DNA of 64,000 bases from Tubulanus polymorphus. Its lineage: Eukaryota; Animalia; Nemertea. Of this stretch, positions 28,449-40,953 are shown piece after piece. The notes under the pieces were generated by a model, which saw only the letters and a program-made list of their open reading frames with translations, was not told the origin of the DNA and made no database searches. Where the stretch lies: positions 12,842,655 to 12,906,654 of the forward strand of contig NC_134033.1 in the NCBI RefSeq assembly GCF_964204645.1. The letters are read 5' to 3'. Both the position numbers and the translations under genes were made by a program. Position 1 is the stretch's first letter; every line of letters starts with the position of its first letter.

Positions 28449-31281
28449 TTAAATATCTCGTTCAGCTTCTTCGACGGACGCCATCACTTTACCGGCCAGT
28501 CCTAACATCGTTTCACCTACAAATACAGGAGGACAGCATCGAATTAGAATCCCTACCTGTGAATTGCACCGGAGAGACCAATTTGACGGCAGTTCAGAGA
28601 ACCTGAGGCGAATTTATCGAAACGCACCCGACCGAATTCCGGGTACGTTGCTTGACGGGTATATAGGGTACTCAATAACGAGTATCCTTTGTGGATAAAT
28701 GAGTTATGTTGGTTTTTGTTGCGATGAATATAGCGGTAGTGTATATGAGTGGCTGCCATTTTTTCTCACTTAGGCGTACTCAGGGTAACCATGCTCTTGA
28801 GTATGGTAAGGCAAGTCCATCATCCAAAATTGACTTTCTGTATATATGTATATATTGTTTTCTTTTTCTACCGTTTCGGTGTTCATTGACGATCATGTCA
28901 TTTGATTATGGTGAATAAACTAACTGAGATGACTATTAGAATATCGTCGAAACGTCGAATAAACTACACTTGCTCTAGGAAACATTTTCGGACTTTATTT
29001 TTCGTTATTATTGTGGGATAAAGTGTCTTAAAAGTTGAATACACCATTGGATAATGTGCCGAGTATCATCACTTGAAACATGATTCCATCATTATCGGTA
29101 CTACACAGTTGGGCTAACCAGATTAGTTAACGTTTCGATAAAGTCGCCTCTAAAATCCCAGACAGGCAGATATTCGAAAAATCAATCACAGAAATAATAT
29201 ATACTTACGTAACAATTCTTTCAGAGCCGTTCCGATATCGGTTAGCGCATCTTTACCGTCGCCGAGTAAGTCGGTAATGTTAGCGTCTTTCAGGGCGTCG
29301 ATTTTCTCCTGCAGCGCTTGTTTCAGCTCGTCGAGATTTCCGGCGAAGTTTTCGTCGATGATGTTGGCGATCGATTTACCGATATCGCCGATACTTTCTA
29401 ATTTCTGTCGAGAGAAATAACACATAGATTACGTATAGACTTTGTATATGAATTCACGGCTTTGCTCAGTCAATGACGTCACACTCGAGGTATATGTATA
29501 AACATGTATTCATACCTCCTGAAGATCGTCGATATGTGGCTTCAGAAAATCAGTGATTGAAGAAAAGTCAATTTTTGGCTGTGGCGCTGGGCCATCAGGT
29601 CGGGGTCCTCGCTTTACAAGGTCAGGTCGGGGTCCTCGCTTTACAAGGTCAGGTCGGGGTCCTCGCTTTACAAGGTCAGGTCGGGGTCCTCGCTTTACAA
29701 GGTCAGGTCGGGGTCCTCGCTTTACAAGGTCAGGTCGGGGTCCTCGCTTTACAAGGTCAGGTCGGGGTCCTCGCTTTACAAGGTCAGGTCGGGGTCCTCG
29801 CTTTACAGGGTCAGGTCGGGGTCCTCGCTTTACAAGGTCAGGTCGGGGACCTCGTTTCGTAATGAACGATTCAAAATCGCTTTTAACATTTTCGCCGATC
29901 GATCGAAGAGAGCGCTTATGCGTGTCTGAAAACAAAATCGAATAACAAATTATCTCAAAATAATGTCTTTACCACTTGCTTTCTACGGGAATGAAATATC
30001 ATGAATTCAAAAATATCTTACCCAGTATCGAGTCAATTTGTTCTTTGATTTCGTTCATTTTCTCTTGCAATTTGGCTTTGAAGTCGATTTGTCCGATGTT
30101 TTTGAAGACCTCTTTCAACTTGTCGACGGCCAGATCGAAAGCGGCGGCGGCTTTTTTACTGTTCGCCACGATCGAATCGCGTAGGTTCTTGTAAACGTCC
30201 ATGCCGTGTAGGGCGATGCTGGACGCGACGTCCCGTCTCCGCCGACCGAATAACATGCCTATGGTATTCTTCATGTTGCCTAAAGGATTCGAACTGTTTT
30301 ATAAAAGTCTACTGGGGTACGTGAAAATTTCAGGGATGCGTTAGCTTTAGGGAGGGCTTTCGTTTTATCAACCGCAGTGGATGCGTCTAAAATTCTTTTA
30401 CTGAAATGCGCTGTAATACTTTGATTTTATGCATTTGTTGCACCAGATTTTCTAGGTCTAATCCGTGTGCATTCGGCATTCCCCGCTTAGGGTTTTTAAA
30501 TATATCGAGGCAGAAACGTAAACAACTCGACCGTTGAATACGAATTTCTCGAAACTGTTCGTCACAAACTAAAAATATAACGATATTTTCGGCAAATTCG
30601 TTCGTTGAGCTGTAACTTTAATATGTTTTTAAAACCGAACTGCCGACTTTAAACAGAATTGTATGAATTTCCCATTTTATAATTGTCTACAACCTTGGAA
30701 TGTGATTTATAGTAATATATATATTTAGATCATTAGCATCAATTTGCGAGGAAGGAATTGGTTTTGAAGAAAGACGCTTCGCTTGTAGAAGGTTTGACGA
30801 TTGAATTTGTTTTCGCAGTTTGCCTAGGGAATGAATGAGGTATTTTTTTTCAGAATATCACAGGCCCTAAAGATCGATAAATCCATAACGGAAAACTATT
30901 TTCAAGGATGGAGTTTGTTTTAAGTTGTAATTCAGGACCCAGTTCTACAGTTGTAAGTTAGAGTAAATTCTGAGTTAAAGTTAGTTCAATTTCAATGAGT
31001 TTACTCTGCTCTGAGTCAAATCTTAACTCAGAACTGTGGAACTGGATCCTGTTATTATATCATACAATTTTCGATTATTATGAAAACGTTTTACCGATGT
31101 ATATTTTACCTTTCAACAGATCGAGGCTTTCGTTGGTGATCTTACTCAAAGTTTCCTTTCCGACGCCTTTAAATCCATTGGTCAATTTGTCGATATTCTT
31201 CTCGAAGAAGCTGTTGAAGTTAAAGCCGTGAACTGCTCCTACGAGGAGTACCACGACGCACAGCGCGGTTAACAATTTCAT
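28449..31281 (-). CDS. Secreted polyprotein precursor (367 aa) with ten KR-GPRP motifs and amphipathic helical peptides
   Basis: Exons 31281-31110, 30279-30022, 29925-29516, 29404-29209 and 28516-28449 join in frame (1104 nt) with GT-AG sites. Signal peptide MKLLTALCVVVLLVGAVHG; G-RRRR and 11 KR cleavage sites; AATAAA on the minus strand at 28280-28285; candidate 5'UTR donor at 31866. Confidence 0.88.
29594..29857 (-). repeat. Coding 27-bp tandem repeat (9 full units, KRGPRPDLV)
   Basis: Near-identical GGTCGGGGTCCTCGCTTTACAAGGTCA units; one unit carries a Leu-to-Pro change. Confidence 0.97.
30940..31045. mobile_element. ~100-bp palindromic MITE (CCAGTTCCACAGTT...AACTGTGGAACTGG family)
   Basis: Inverted ends; homologous copy at 62148-62250, degenerate ones at ~25553-25642 and ~32820-32922. 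Confidence 0.65.
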
Positions 31282-33356
31282 CTGAAACACAGGACAGAAT
31301 GAATTTTCAAACAGTTTTCCATTTTTGATTTCTTACCACGTACAATCTAGTATCTTGGGGGTTTCTTTGGAATCTATGTTTTCCAATATAGTTTAAATCG
31401 AAAAGGCAAACTTCCTAAACTACTATCGACACGACTGTTAAAGTGGTTGCGTGTGGTAGGCCTGTACGTTTAACTCGAATTTTGTCATCAAAGGCGTCAT
31501 GAACAAAAATAGAACATTGGCTCTTTATGCAAATTCACGAATGAATATGTATTCCGTTTCTCAATGATTATATAACTAAAAGACATAATCACAATGAACA
31601 TTAACGTTAAGTAATTCATTGAGAGCGCAGCTCAAGTCTAGAGACTGTACCAAAGGATGTGGATATCCCAAAACATGTAAAGAAAAAATTACGAATACTC
31701 ATCACATATTACAATAATAAATATGGTAAGAATATTTTGAAATCTTTAAAAGCTATAACGGAGGTAGATATAGATTTGATAATAACAAAGTTCACAGGAA
31801 TTCCTATACTCGACTAATTATGGCACCAAGAGTGGAGGCCACGTTGTTGCACATTTCAAACCTACCTTTCAGCACGAGAAGAGCTTGTGGTCCGGCGCGG
31901 TTAGATGCGATATTCTAGTCGAACACGGCGTCTATTTCAGATTAGTCGAGTTGGTAATCTAATCTAAAAACTTGCCCGTTCACCGGACATGTCAATGGGA
32001 GCTTATCATCGCTGGACAACGGAATCGACAGTTTGGAGGTTCAGAACATGTGGGAATTTCACACAGCCCTGGCAGTGGTTGTCTCCACCAGTGATCTCCG
32101 TCGCTCTACGATCCTAGTGTACCCACCGTGTGTGGTATTTCTGTGGTATATCAGATACTAAGGTTCTTGGTGAAGCGGCAATATAACGCAAAGGTTACGA
32201 TGTTATTTCGATGGAGGGGAATTTGCTCCTCAATCCGGATCCTCAGCACAGATATTCCTCACGCTACGGGTCTGATCAGTTTCTTTCTCTCGTCGTTGCC
32301 TTACATAAAAATTGCAAATGCATAGAAGTCTTTAGTTCGATCGCTATTACAATGATACAAAGAATAATACAATTTCAGGCTATATCAATTATTATTATCT
32401 ACAATGGAATTTTCTCTTGAAATTCATTTTTTTGGATGAATTGGAGCGTGTAGCAAAAGCAGGCGCTGAGGCAACCCACTATTACATGCGTTTTGCTTCT
32501 TGGGTACCTTCATTGATGCTACAATGAAAATACAATACTATTTTATGATTTCAATGTAAGTAAAATTATCATTATCACTATTAGAAAATTGCAGCAGTTG
32601 TTTGTATGAAATCAGTTATTTTCTTCAACTTGTGCTCGATAGAGCTGATTGAATAACTCATAGCGCCATTCACGTGTTCAGTATCGATAAAGCCGGGACA
32701 TCATACAACGTTTTTCCCCTCCCCTAATTTCTCATATTCTAACATCAAAGAAATACTCGACACAAGATAAGAGATGATATCAACAAGATAGACCATTCAC
32801 GGCAAAACAGCGGGAAACGGTTCCAAACTTCTCGATTAAGATCTGACTCTAGGATTGTATCATCGGAAATGGACTATTTCGATTTTAGAGCCAAACTTAT
32901 CCGAGAATAATATGGAACTGGATCCAGTTTTTATTTAATGCTTAAGAACTTCATAACACTGTATATAATGTATAATGTATATGTAATATAGAATCTCAAC
33001 AGTAATATGAATAAGGTAATAATATTGATATTAATCGTAATAATAGTAATAACCATAATACAAATGCTTTTGCGTAAAAAGAACTAATCTACTTACATTG
33101 AGGATATGAAATACTAAGCCATTATGAAGAGATGGGAATAATTTTTCAAATAATTTCCTAATTTTACCAATTCAAAAACTGCTACTTTCTACCATGGACT
33201 CTTCGTTTAGAGTCCATGTTTCTACTAACTTGTCTTAGCTAGTTGCTGTCTATTTGGAACAGCAATGCGGGTTAAAGCTTAAACTATTTGCAAGCCCCAG
33301 AGTCTGATATATCTCTTTAAATATCGATTCAATATTCCCGAAAAAAGTACGAATTT

Positions 33357-36300
33357 CTAGATTTTCAGAAAGTTTACTAACTTTGATTTAATCTCTGATA
33401 AATTTTTTTTTGGGTTTTTGGATGCGCTGCTACCTGGTCGACCTGTGTTCGGGTCGCATCGAAACCAAAACGTTGACGTAGACCGTGGGTACCCATCAGC
33501 TACCTAGAAACAATATTCAGTAGAACAGTTATAAGCAAATAGTTGTTAGGCATTATTTTACACCAAATCTATATCTCACGGGGACGCGTTTCCGCGAGAA
33601 TTAAATATCAGCCATTTTAACATTTCCGCAAGTGAGTTCCTGCTTGAGAACAGCTTTTCCAGTGACAAATCACAATATCTAAAGGGGCAATCAGGGGCGG
33701 ATCCAGGGGGATGGGTAGACAGTATTGGAAGGAAATTTAAGGGCACCTTTCTGATCTTAGGGCACACCCAGTACCCAGGTCAATGCGAGTGCTGAAGGTG
33801 CGACGTCCTTCGAAAGGGGTATGGGGGCCCTCCCCAGAAAATTTTGAAAATATGGTACCATTTAAAGGCTTTTAGAGGGCTTCTAGAGACTAATTCAGAG
33901 CAATTCAGAATAAACGACCCGGACACGGAATTAGCGGTTGCTGAAATAATGCCTTTAAAAATATTGCCGGTGAAATTTCGAAGGGCACTTAAAAATTCTA
34001 GACCGTATTGGGCAATACGGCTAATACGGTCTGGATCCGCCTCTGGCAATCTCATTCTTTATTCAAGATCGAGAATAAAAGGGAAAATAGATACAGTATG
34101 GGGGCATCAACTTGAAGGTCTAAAATATACCAAACAAGTTTGTACTCACTGCGTTGGTAGTTTCGTTTATTTTATAATATTGCGCGCCTTTAAAGAAATA
34201 CAAGACTGTGTTTTCCGGCCTCAACTCCCAGAAATTGAATGCAGCATCGATCTGGACTGGCTGTCCTTTATATTTCGACACCAGCTGCTTGGCGCTTTCG
34301 GCTTGGCGGTAACAATACTTGTAGTAACTATCCCCTAGATATAGAAGATATGATTAAGAATATATTTTGTGGCGTTGCTTTTTTTGTTGTTGTAAGTTTT
34401 CTAACGATGTTTTTACCTTTTATGAAGTAAAAGCAGTTATCGATGCCTACGTAGGCGCCGTCGATGTTGGAGGGAACTCCGGGAAACTCGATGGAAATCT
34501 TTTGCGGATAACCGATTACTAGAACCTGATTGTAGTACTTGTAAACGTCGCTACCCTGCGTGAATAACGAAAAGAATGTCAATGACATCGACTATTCTAT
34601 ACGCTGTAAGGACTTTCGAGAAAGGGTGAGATTGCTTTAATGAGGGAATTAACGATGTTTAATGTTAATCAGAGCTCAAATAATGTCAACATTACCATTT
34701 TGTTATTTGAAATGGTTATAGCGATTTGAATTAGTTGAAAAACTTGATATGAAGGTCTACCCACGGTAGAACTTGGTTTTGATGGTTAACCTGTCGGTTT
34801 TCAGCGACGGGCCACTGAATTTTAGAAAATCTATGGCAAATTCAATGGATTATTTGCTGATATTTTGGTCACCTTGAAGAAATACGTATTACGGGTGTAT
34901 TTTGCATACAGTGCTGCGTCTAGTTTGTTTGGTAGTTCTCCGGACCAGTCGATCTCTATTTTCCGCGGGAATCCCCGGTGCACTCCTCGGCGATACTGGT
35001 CGACTCTCCAATACCAGCGGTCTGTAAAATCAAAACATTTAACTGAAAAAATTTGAGTCCAGACCGCTTTCCCAAAATCATATATGTATCCGATAGTACA
35101 AGAGAAATTCAAAGAGTTCATGAGATCATTCCAAGATCATCCTGATTATGGCCAGCACCTTATAGCTACATGTGTTGAAGTGGTTTTCGCCCCACTTACC
35201 CAACCAAACCTTAGACATAATCAAACCTTTAGAAAGGAGTGGTATCCCAGTACAGGTATGCCAGTAGAACCGTATTATGCAGGGATCCCCACCATATTTG
35301 GATCTCATACTTGCAAAATAGTGGCAAGGAATCCTCTATTTCACTATCAACGACCTACTGATTTCATACATACCACTGTTCTTCGTCACCTATCCTATCT
35401 TTAGAACAATAGCAATTACAATGGGAGCCTACATATTCATTCTAGGTAGCAGTTTTTGGATCCTTACATCCTGAGGCCTTCTCAACATATTATTGCGGCT
35501 TATGCCTATTTTGTATCAATGCGGCCATATTTGACATTTCCTAAGTCTCGCGAGACTTGCAGAATGGTGTGCTTGGAAACCGAGACTTTGAATCCCAAGT
35601 CTCGTGTAACTTGATGAAAATCGTGCACGATCCAACATGGTCGCCTAAATGTAGAACAGGATGTACTAAGTGGGAAAAAATTCATTTACTTATGATTGAT
35701 TTTGACCAATGAGCGAACCTTTAAATATGTAGACTGGTCCATTTTCCGTCGTTGTTATGGCGTCGATTGTTGCGTCTTTGCATATATCCGGCGCGTCGTC
35801 GTGATCTCGTTTGACACGTGACTCCACATCGTCTGCAACGAGATTTTGAAAAATGACGCGCAAAAGAATCTCCGGGGAGCGATATTTCGTACGCGATAGT
35901 ACGAAAATAGTTGCGGAAGAATGAACCTGGCGACCACGGAGAGATATGTGTAAACTTACCCGTTAATGTATGCGATTCATCTACCTGTAAGAGAACAATA
36001 ACAGGGCTGAGTACTGATTCAATAGATAACGTACCTGTTAGGATAATATTTACTACGAACATAGCGCAATCATCGCTTTATTATCGTTATCATTAATTTA
36101 GGCCGTCACGAAAACAATTACTAATACTTCAGTGATTGACAAGCGAGAAATATATAAGAGATTGCGATTCATGGTTTGTTTTTTCTCATTACAGAAGAAG
36201 TTTGGGCCAGTCATGACTTAAACTTAAGACCAGTCTAAGACTGTCTTAGTTCTATAGCTAATACACCGACTTAAGAGCACTGTTGAGATTTGAGACAACT

Positions 36301-39300
36301 TTTGAAATTTGTGATTGGGACCGACTCTATTTACGTCCGGGAAACTTCCAACCGGATTCTTCAACATAGCGTTGTATCACGTGTTCCCCGCGATCTGACG
36401 ATCTCGATGGAATGGACGTTTCGGAGGCCTACAAAATTCACGTGACCAATAATAGATGCGTGCAACGGATGATCCGGACATCACGGATTTGACATGATGG
36501 AAACGGCCCCCATGGTCCACACGAGGGAAGGGGTTCGCAAACATTGTGTGCTAACAAACGGCCCTCAGCTACGAGGGGGGCGGCATCGGTAAAAAGAGAT
36601 CTACGTGATTAAACTACAACATATGCGCCGCATTCCGAGTTAACTAACGCTCGAAAATTCGCCTTCAGTTTATGTCTTCATCAATATGATATTTGCTTAA
36701 GCACGAAAGGTTTTATCTAAAAAACGATAGTTTCAGATTTTCAGTGCTAAAGAAAAACTGTAAGTAATAGACAAAAATTCCAAAGATAATCGGTAAAAAC
36801 CCAACAAAGTCGTATGTACTATACGTGTATTCTGATGTAAGGCAGACCGCCAGCTCGCAAGAATGCTAGTCAAGCGTTACCAATTTTTATCGAGTTATTT
36901 GTGTAAATACACTATATAATATGAAGATCATGTTTCTTCATGCCTGCAGTGAACCTGACATTGAAAACTCGATTGTTTTTTTTTGCGCGCAGACAAAAGA
37001 TAGTGCCATTTACGAACTATTTACTTACATTTTTTTCGGATGTGTTACGTTTGGAATTTCACACCAGCCAGAAAAAGCAAAACATTTCAATTAATTGAAC
37101 TAATTTTCTAACACAGAATATCGATAGAATGAGACAAACGGTTTACCGAACATACAAAACTCCGCTAAAATATTTTATACATATGAACACTTAGATAATT
37201 ACACAACGAATATCTCGTCAATGAACTCGTGTTTACCAACATTCAAAAATGCTATTTGATACGTGATTAACAGAGATTTACCGAAATTAGGACGTGTGCC
37301 ACGAGGCGGAGGCTACGAGTTGATGCCATAATTTGCTTGTCTTGTTTCGTTTTTCCCTTCATTTATTTACATTTCGAGATGAATGCGAGCATCGAGCATA
37401 TACTGGATGCTCAGATCAAATGTCGTTTATCTCTACGATATATTCGTGCTATTTCATGCTATTGCCGGTTTGAGGGTTTGGATTCCATAATTAGTTTTCT
37501 TCGCGCGATGAACTTCCTGTTTTTACTGAAAGCGACTATATATATTTCATGATGTTCAGCCCTATGCGGGTTTGGGTAATAATACATACGTTTGTACATG
37601 CTGCAAAAACCTTCACTCCTAAACCTTCAACAAACTAAAACCCAGTCTGTATTAAAGGAGATTTTTAAGAGCGATATTCTGAAAACGTTTATCTTCGTCT
37701 TCTCGATAGCTCAACGGTAATACTTTTTATAGTCTATTCTAACTATTTGTGAAGTTGGTGAATTTGTTTGATAGTTTTCCCTCCATTTTCTAGTCGATAT
37801 TGATAAACGTACTTGAAATACTCGCTGAAATCTACGCATTCTCTGCTGTAAATATATCACTGAAAGTTTCGAGGCATTTTCTTTTCTTCGCTTACGTATA
37901 ACTACATAATACAAGTTACTTCAGTTTTGTTGAGATTGAAACCATTTGTGCCTGTGAAACGACGTAGACGGCACTAGAATAATATATTAATCATAGCTCA
38001 CCACATGCGCTATCAAAAGCACAACAGATTCTATCGGAAAATTGATACAAATTGGTTCCGACAGAGCTAAGAAAATTGCCTCATCCTTGACATTTATCTT
38101 ATTAAATAGAACGGCCAGATTGAACTTGCATAACAATGCCGTATATATTTATCTTCTACAATACAGGGGACCTGCGGCATAGACATATGACCAGTCTAAG
38201 ACTAAGACTAACTTCTTAGTTTATAGCCCATCTAACATCTTAAAACCAGTAAAACCACTTCTGGACATAAGTCATGACTGCGCAACCAGCCCTAGATACA
38301 AACATATCTATATACCTTTCTATAGACTTTCACTAACTACACTTCAAGTTAGTCCAAGTAAGAATTTCAACTTTATCTGGAATGTATTTGGTCGAATATT
38401 ATTTACACAAAACACAACCCATGTCGGACTACGGACTTCGGACTATAGAAATGGACCACGGTGGATCCCATTGTGCCTTTTACGAAGACCAGCGAGGTCC
38501 AAGTTTCCGAAATTTTGTCCTTTAAGAATTGGTCTCTTAAGATGCTACGACGATCGCCCAGGACTAGAAAGGTACTTAAATTCTAAGACTTCGTTGAGCA
38601 AATGACCACAAGTTCCATTCTATCTCAACACAAAACTGTATCTCACTTTCATTTCTGGACTACAAAAAAATACGAATGTTGAATCGTTACATTTTTAACG
38701 ATTATTATTGACATTGACATCATAGGCTCGATATCGTCTAGTACAATATTTTAATGAGCGCAGACGACCCCGCGGAGCAGGAGGTATTAAATCTAATATA
38801 TTCAATATCTATTCCAGATGTTCGTGATTAGTATCGGCTGGTACTCTTACAAATATCGACAACGGATTCCGAACAACGAACTGTTCGCCGAAAATTAGAA
38901 AATATTCGCAATGAATTATAGATTACATAACATGATATCCGAAGGGGGCATGGCGCACCTCATCAACACACAGCCCTCGCTCTAATTAAAAAAAAAGACC
39001 AGGACGTTAAGAACTAGTTTGGGTGCAGTTTACCTCAAGGTATATTTATAAAATTCGCAAATTTGAGAACCGAGAGTCACGTAGCTTTTCGTAAGGTTTT
39101 CTCCCGTGGGTTATATTGTGTCCCAGGACCGGAGCTTTAGAGAGCGTGAGAAAGAGAAACTACAGGTTTCACAAATGGGATCAAATTGTATCCATATCGA
39201 TAAGATTATGTTATCCTTTTATGTTTTTCTTTCTTCGGCGCTAACGCTCAGCGGTCAGTAGGTTTTAACATGTTTTCTTTTTTTCTACGAAAATTATAAC

Positions 39301-39500
39301 CGAACTGCATTGAAATGAATCGAATCTTAAACTATAGGTTCCGATTTCACGTAGACTGACTCAATATCAAAATATGAATTCAAGTAAAGGTATAAGCAAA
39401 TAAAACGTGAGTGAATCGATACCTGTTTGCCGGCATACGCTGTCGCCAGGCCGATGACCACCACGGCGGCAAGGAGCACCGTACGCCGCAATCCGTCCAT
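33357..39500 (-). CDS. Secreted standalone four-bladed hemopexin-domain protein (~300 aa)
   Basis: Exons 39500-39423 (signal MDGLRRTVLLAAVVVIGLATAYA), 36428-36353, 35980-35960 (micro-exon, less sure), 35832-35719 (RVKR..PDICKDATIDAI..YIFK), 35021-34873 (GFPRKI..W..LP.KLDAA..YFFK), 34555-34417 (GYPQKI..FPGVPSNIDGA..YFIKG), 34334-34150 (IDAA..YFFKGAQYYK), 33503-33357 (GYPRSTSTFWFRC). All phases are consistent. Confidence 0.85.
33692..34045. mobile_element. MITE with 15-bp TIRs and GCAAT direct repeat
   Basis: CAGGGGCGGATCCAG / CTGGATCCGCCTCTG; GCAAT at 33687-33691 and 34046-34050. Confidence 0.75.
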
Positions 39501-40095
39501 ATTTCCGTTTCCTTCAGCAGTACCGCCGCCACCGCGAGCAGCCAAAACGGCAGCGCTATATCAGTAGCTCACTCCACGCTCGGCAATGCGCCAAGTTAAA
39601 AGCATTAAGAAGAGAAGTAGACGCGATCGTTGACTTCGGTGATATCTAAATAATCTTCGCCGCCTCTACACAAAGTAGATTGTTTCTTCCCTAACTGACA
39701 GGTTGTATCATACAAACATCTATATGAAGGTACCGACGTCTGTGAAATTTTTAGTTTCAATTTAACGGAAATATCTGAAGACACGAAGGCCATCTTCTTT
39801 TAGATGTGATAGCAGACTTTTAACTCGAGATAGAGAGCGAGGACAGAATAAGGGTAAAGCCCAACGGGATCCATTGCATAGTTGAGAAACTTAGAGGAGT
39901 GGAAATATTAGATCCAGCGATTTTTGATTTATGACGTAAAAATGTGGACCAGCTTCCTTTCGGCAATTTCGATCGGGAATCTTGGTTTGATAAAATTGTC
40001 CTTGAAATGAGAAGAATCTAACAAAATCCCACGCTAATAATAAAAAAAGAGTTTGAAATGTTTCCTCGTTTATTCGACGTATATCCAGGATTCTC

Positions 40096-40953
40096 AGGTT
40101 AAAGTCTGCATTCCTGGTGGAGATGACCATTAGGTTAAAGTCAGTATTCCTGAAGGTATGACCACTAGGTTAAAGTCAGCATTCCTGGTGGGGATGACCA
40201 CTAGGTTAAAGTCAGCATTCCTGGTGGGGATGACCACTAGGTTAAAGTCAGTATTCCTCAAGGGATGACCATTATAGGTTTAAGTCAGTATTCCTCAAGG
40301 GATGACCATTATAGGTTTAAGTCAGTATTCCTGAAGGGTATGACCACTAGGTTAAAGTCAGCATTCCTGGTGGGGATGACCACTAGGTTAAAGTCAGCAT
40401 TCCTCAAGGGCATGACCACTAGGTTAAAGTCAGCATTCCTGGTGGGGATGACCACTAGGTTAAAGTCAGCATTCCTGGTGGAGATGACCACTAGGTTAAA
40501 GTCAGCATTCCTCAAGGGCATGACCACTAGGTTAAAGTCAGCATTCCTGGTGGGGATGACCACTAGGTTAAAGTCAGCATTCCTGGTGGGGATGACCACT
40601 AGGTTAAAGTCAGTATTCCTGAAGGGCATGACCACTAGGTTAAAGTCAGCATTCCTGGTGGGGATGACCACTAGGTTAAAGTCAGTATTCCTGGTGGGGA
40701 TGACCACTAGGTTAAAGTCAGTATTCCTGGTGGGGATGACCACTAGGTTAAAGTCAGCATTCCTGGTGGGGATGACCACTAGGTTAAAGTCAGTATTCCT
40801 GAAGGGCATGACCACTAGGTTTAAGTCAGCATTCCTGGTGGGGATGACCACTAGGTTAAAGTCAGCATTCCTGGTGGGGATGACCACTAGGTTAAAGTCA
40901 GTATTCCTCAAGGGATGACCATTATAGGTTTAAGTCAGTATTCCTGGGGATGA
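40096..40953. repeat. 36-bp minisatellite, ~24 units
   Basis: Unit GATGACCACTAGGTTAAAGTCAG(C/T)ATTCCT(GGTGGG/GAAGGG/CAAGGG). Confidence 0.97.

Noticed and set aside
29553-29945. Plus-strand ORFs (SGRGPRFTR)n and (LQGQVGVLA)n
   Set aside because: Antisense shadows of the 27-bp repeat; only the minus frame splices to a signal peptide and places KR sites coherently.
30293-30296. CAG acceptor for the second coding exon of the GPRP precursor
   Set aside because: Phase 2, which conflicts with the upstream phase-1 donor; the TAG acceptor before 30279 keeps the frame.
40265-40918. 217-aa and 200-aa repeat ORFs; CRISPR-like appearance
   Set aside because: Stop-free frames of a 36-bp minisatellite; no unique spacers, no cas genes, eukaryotic context, no evident splice sites.
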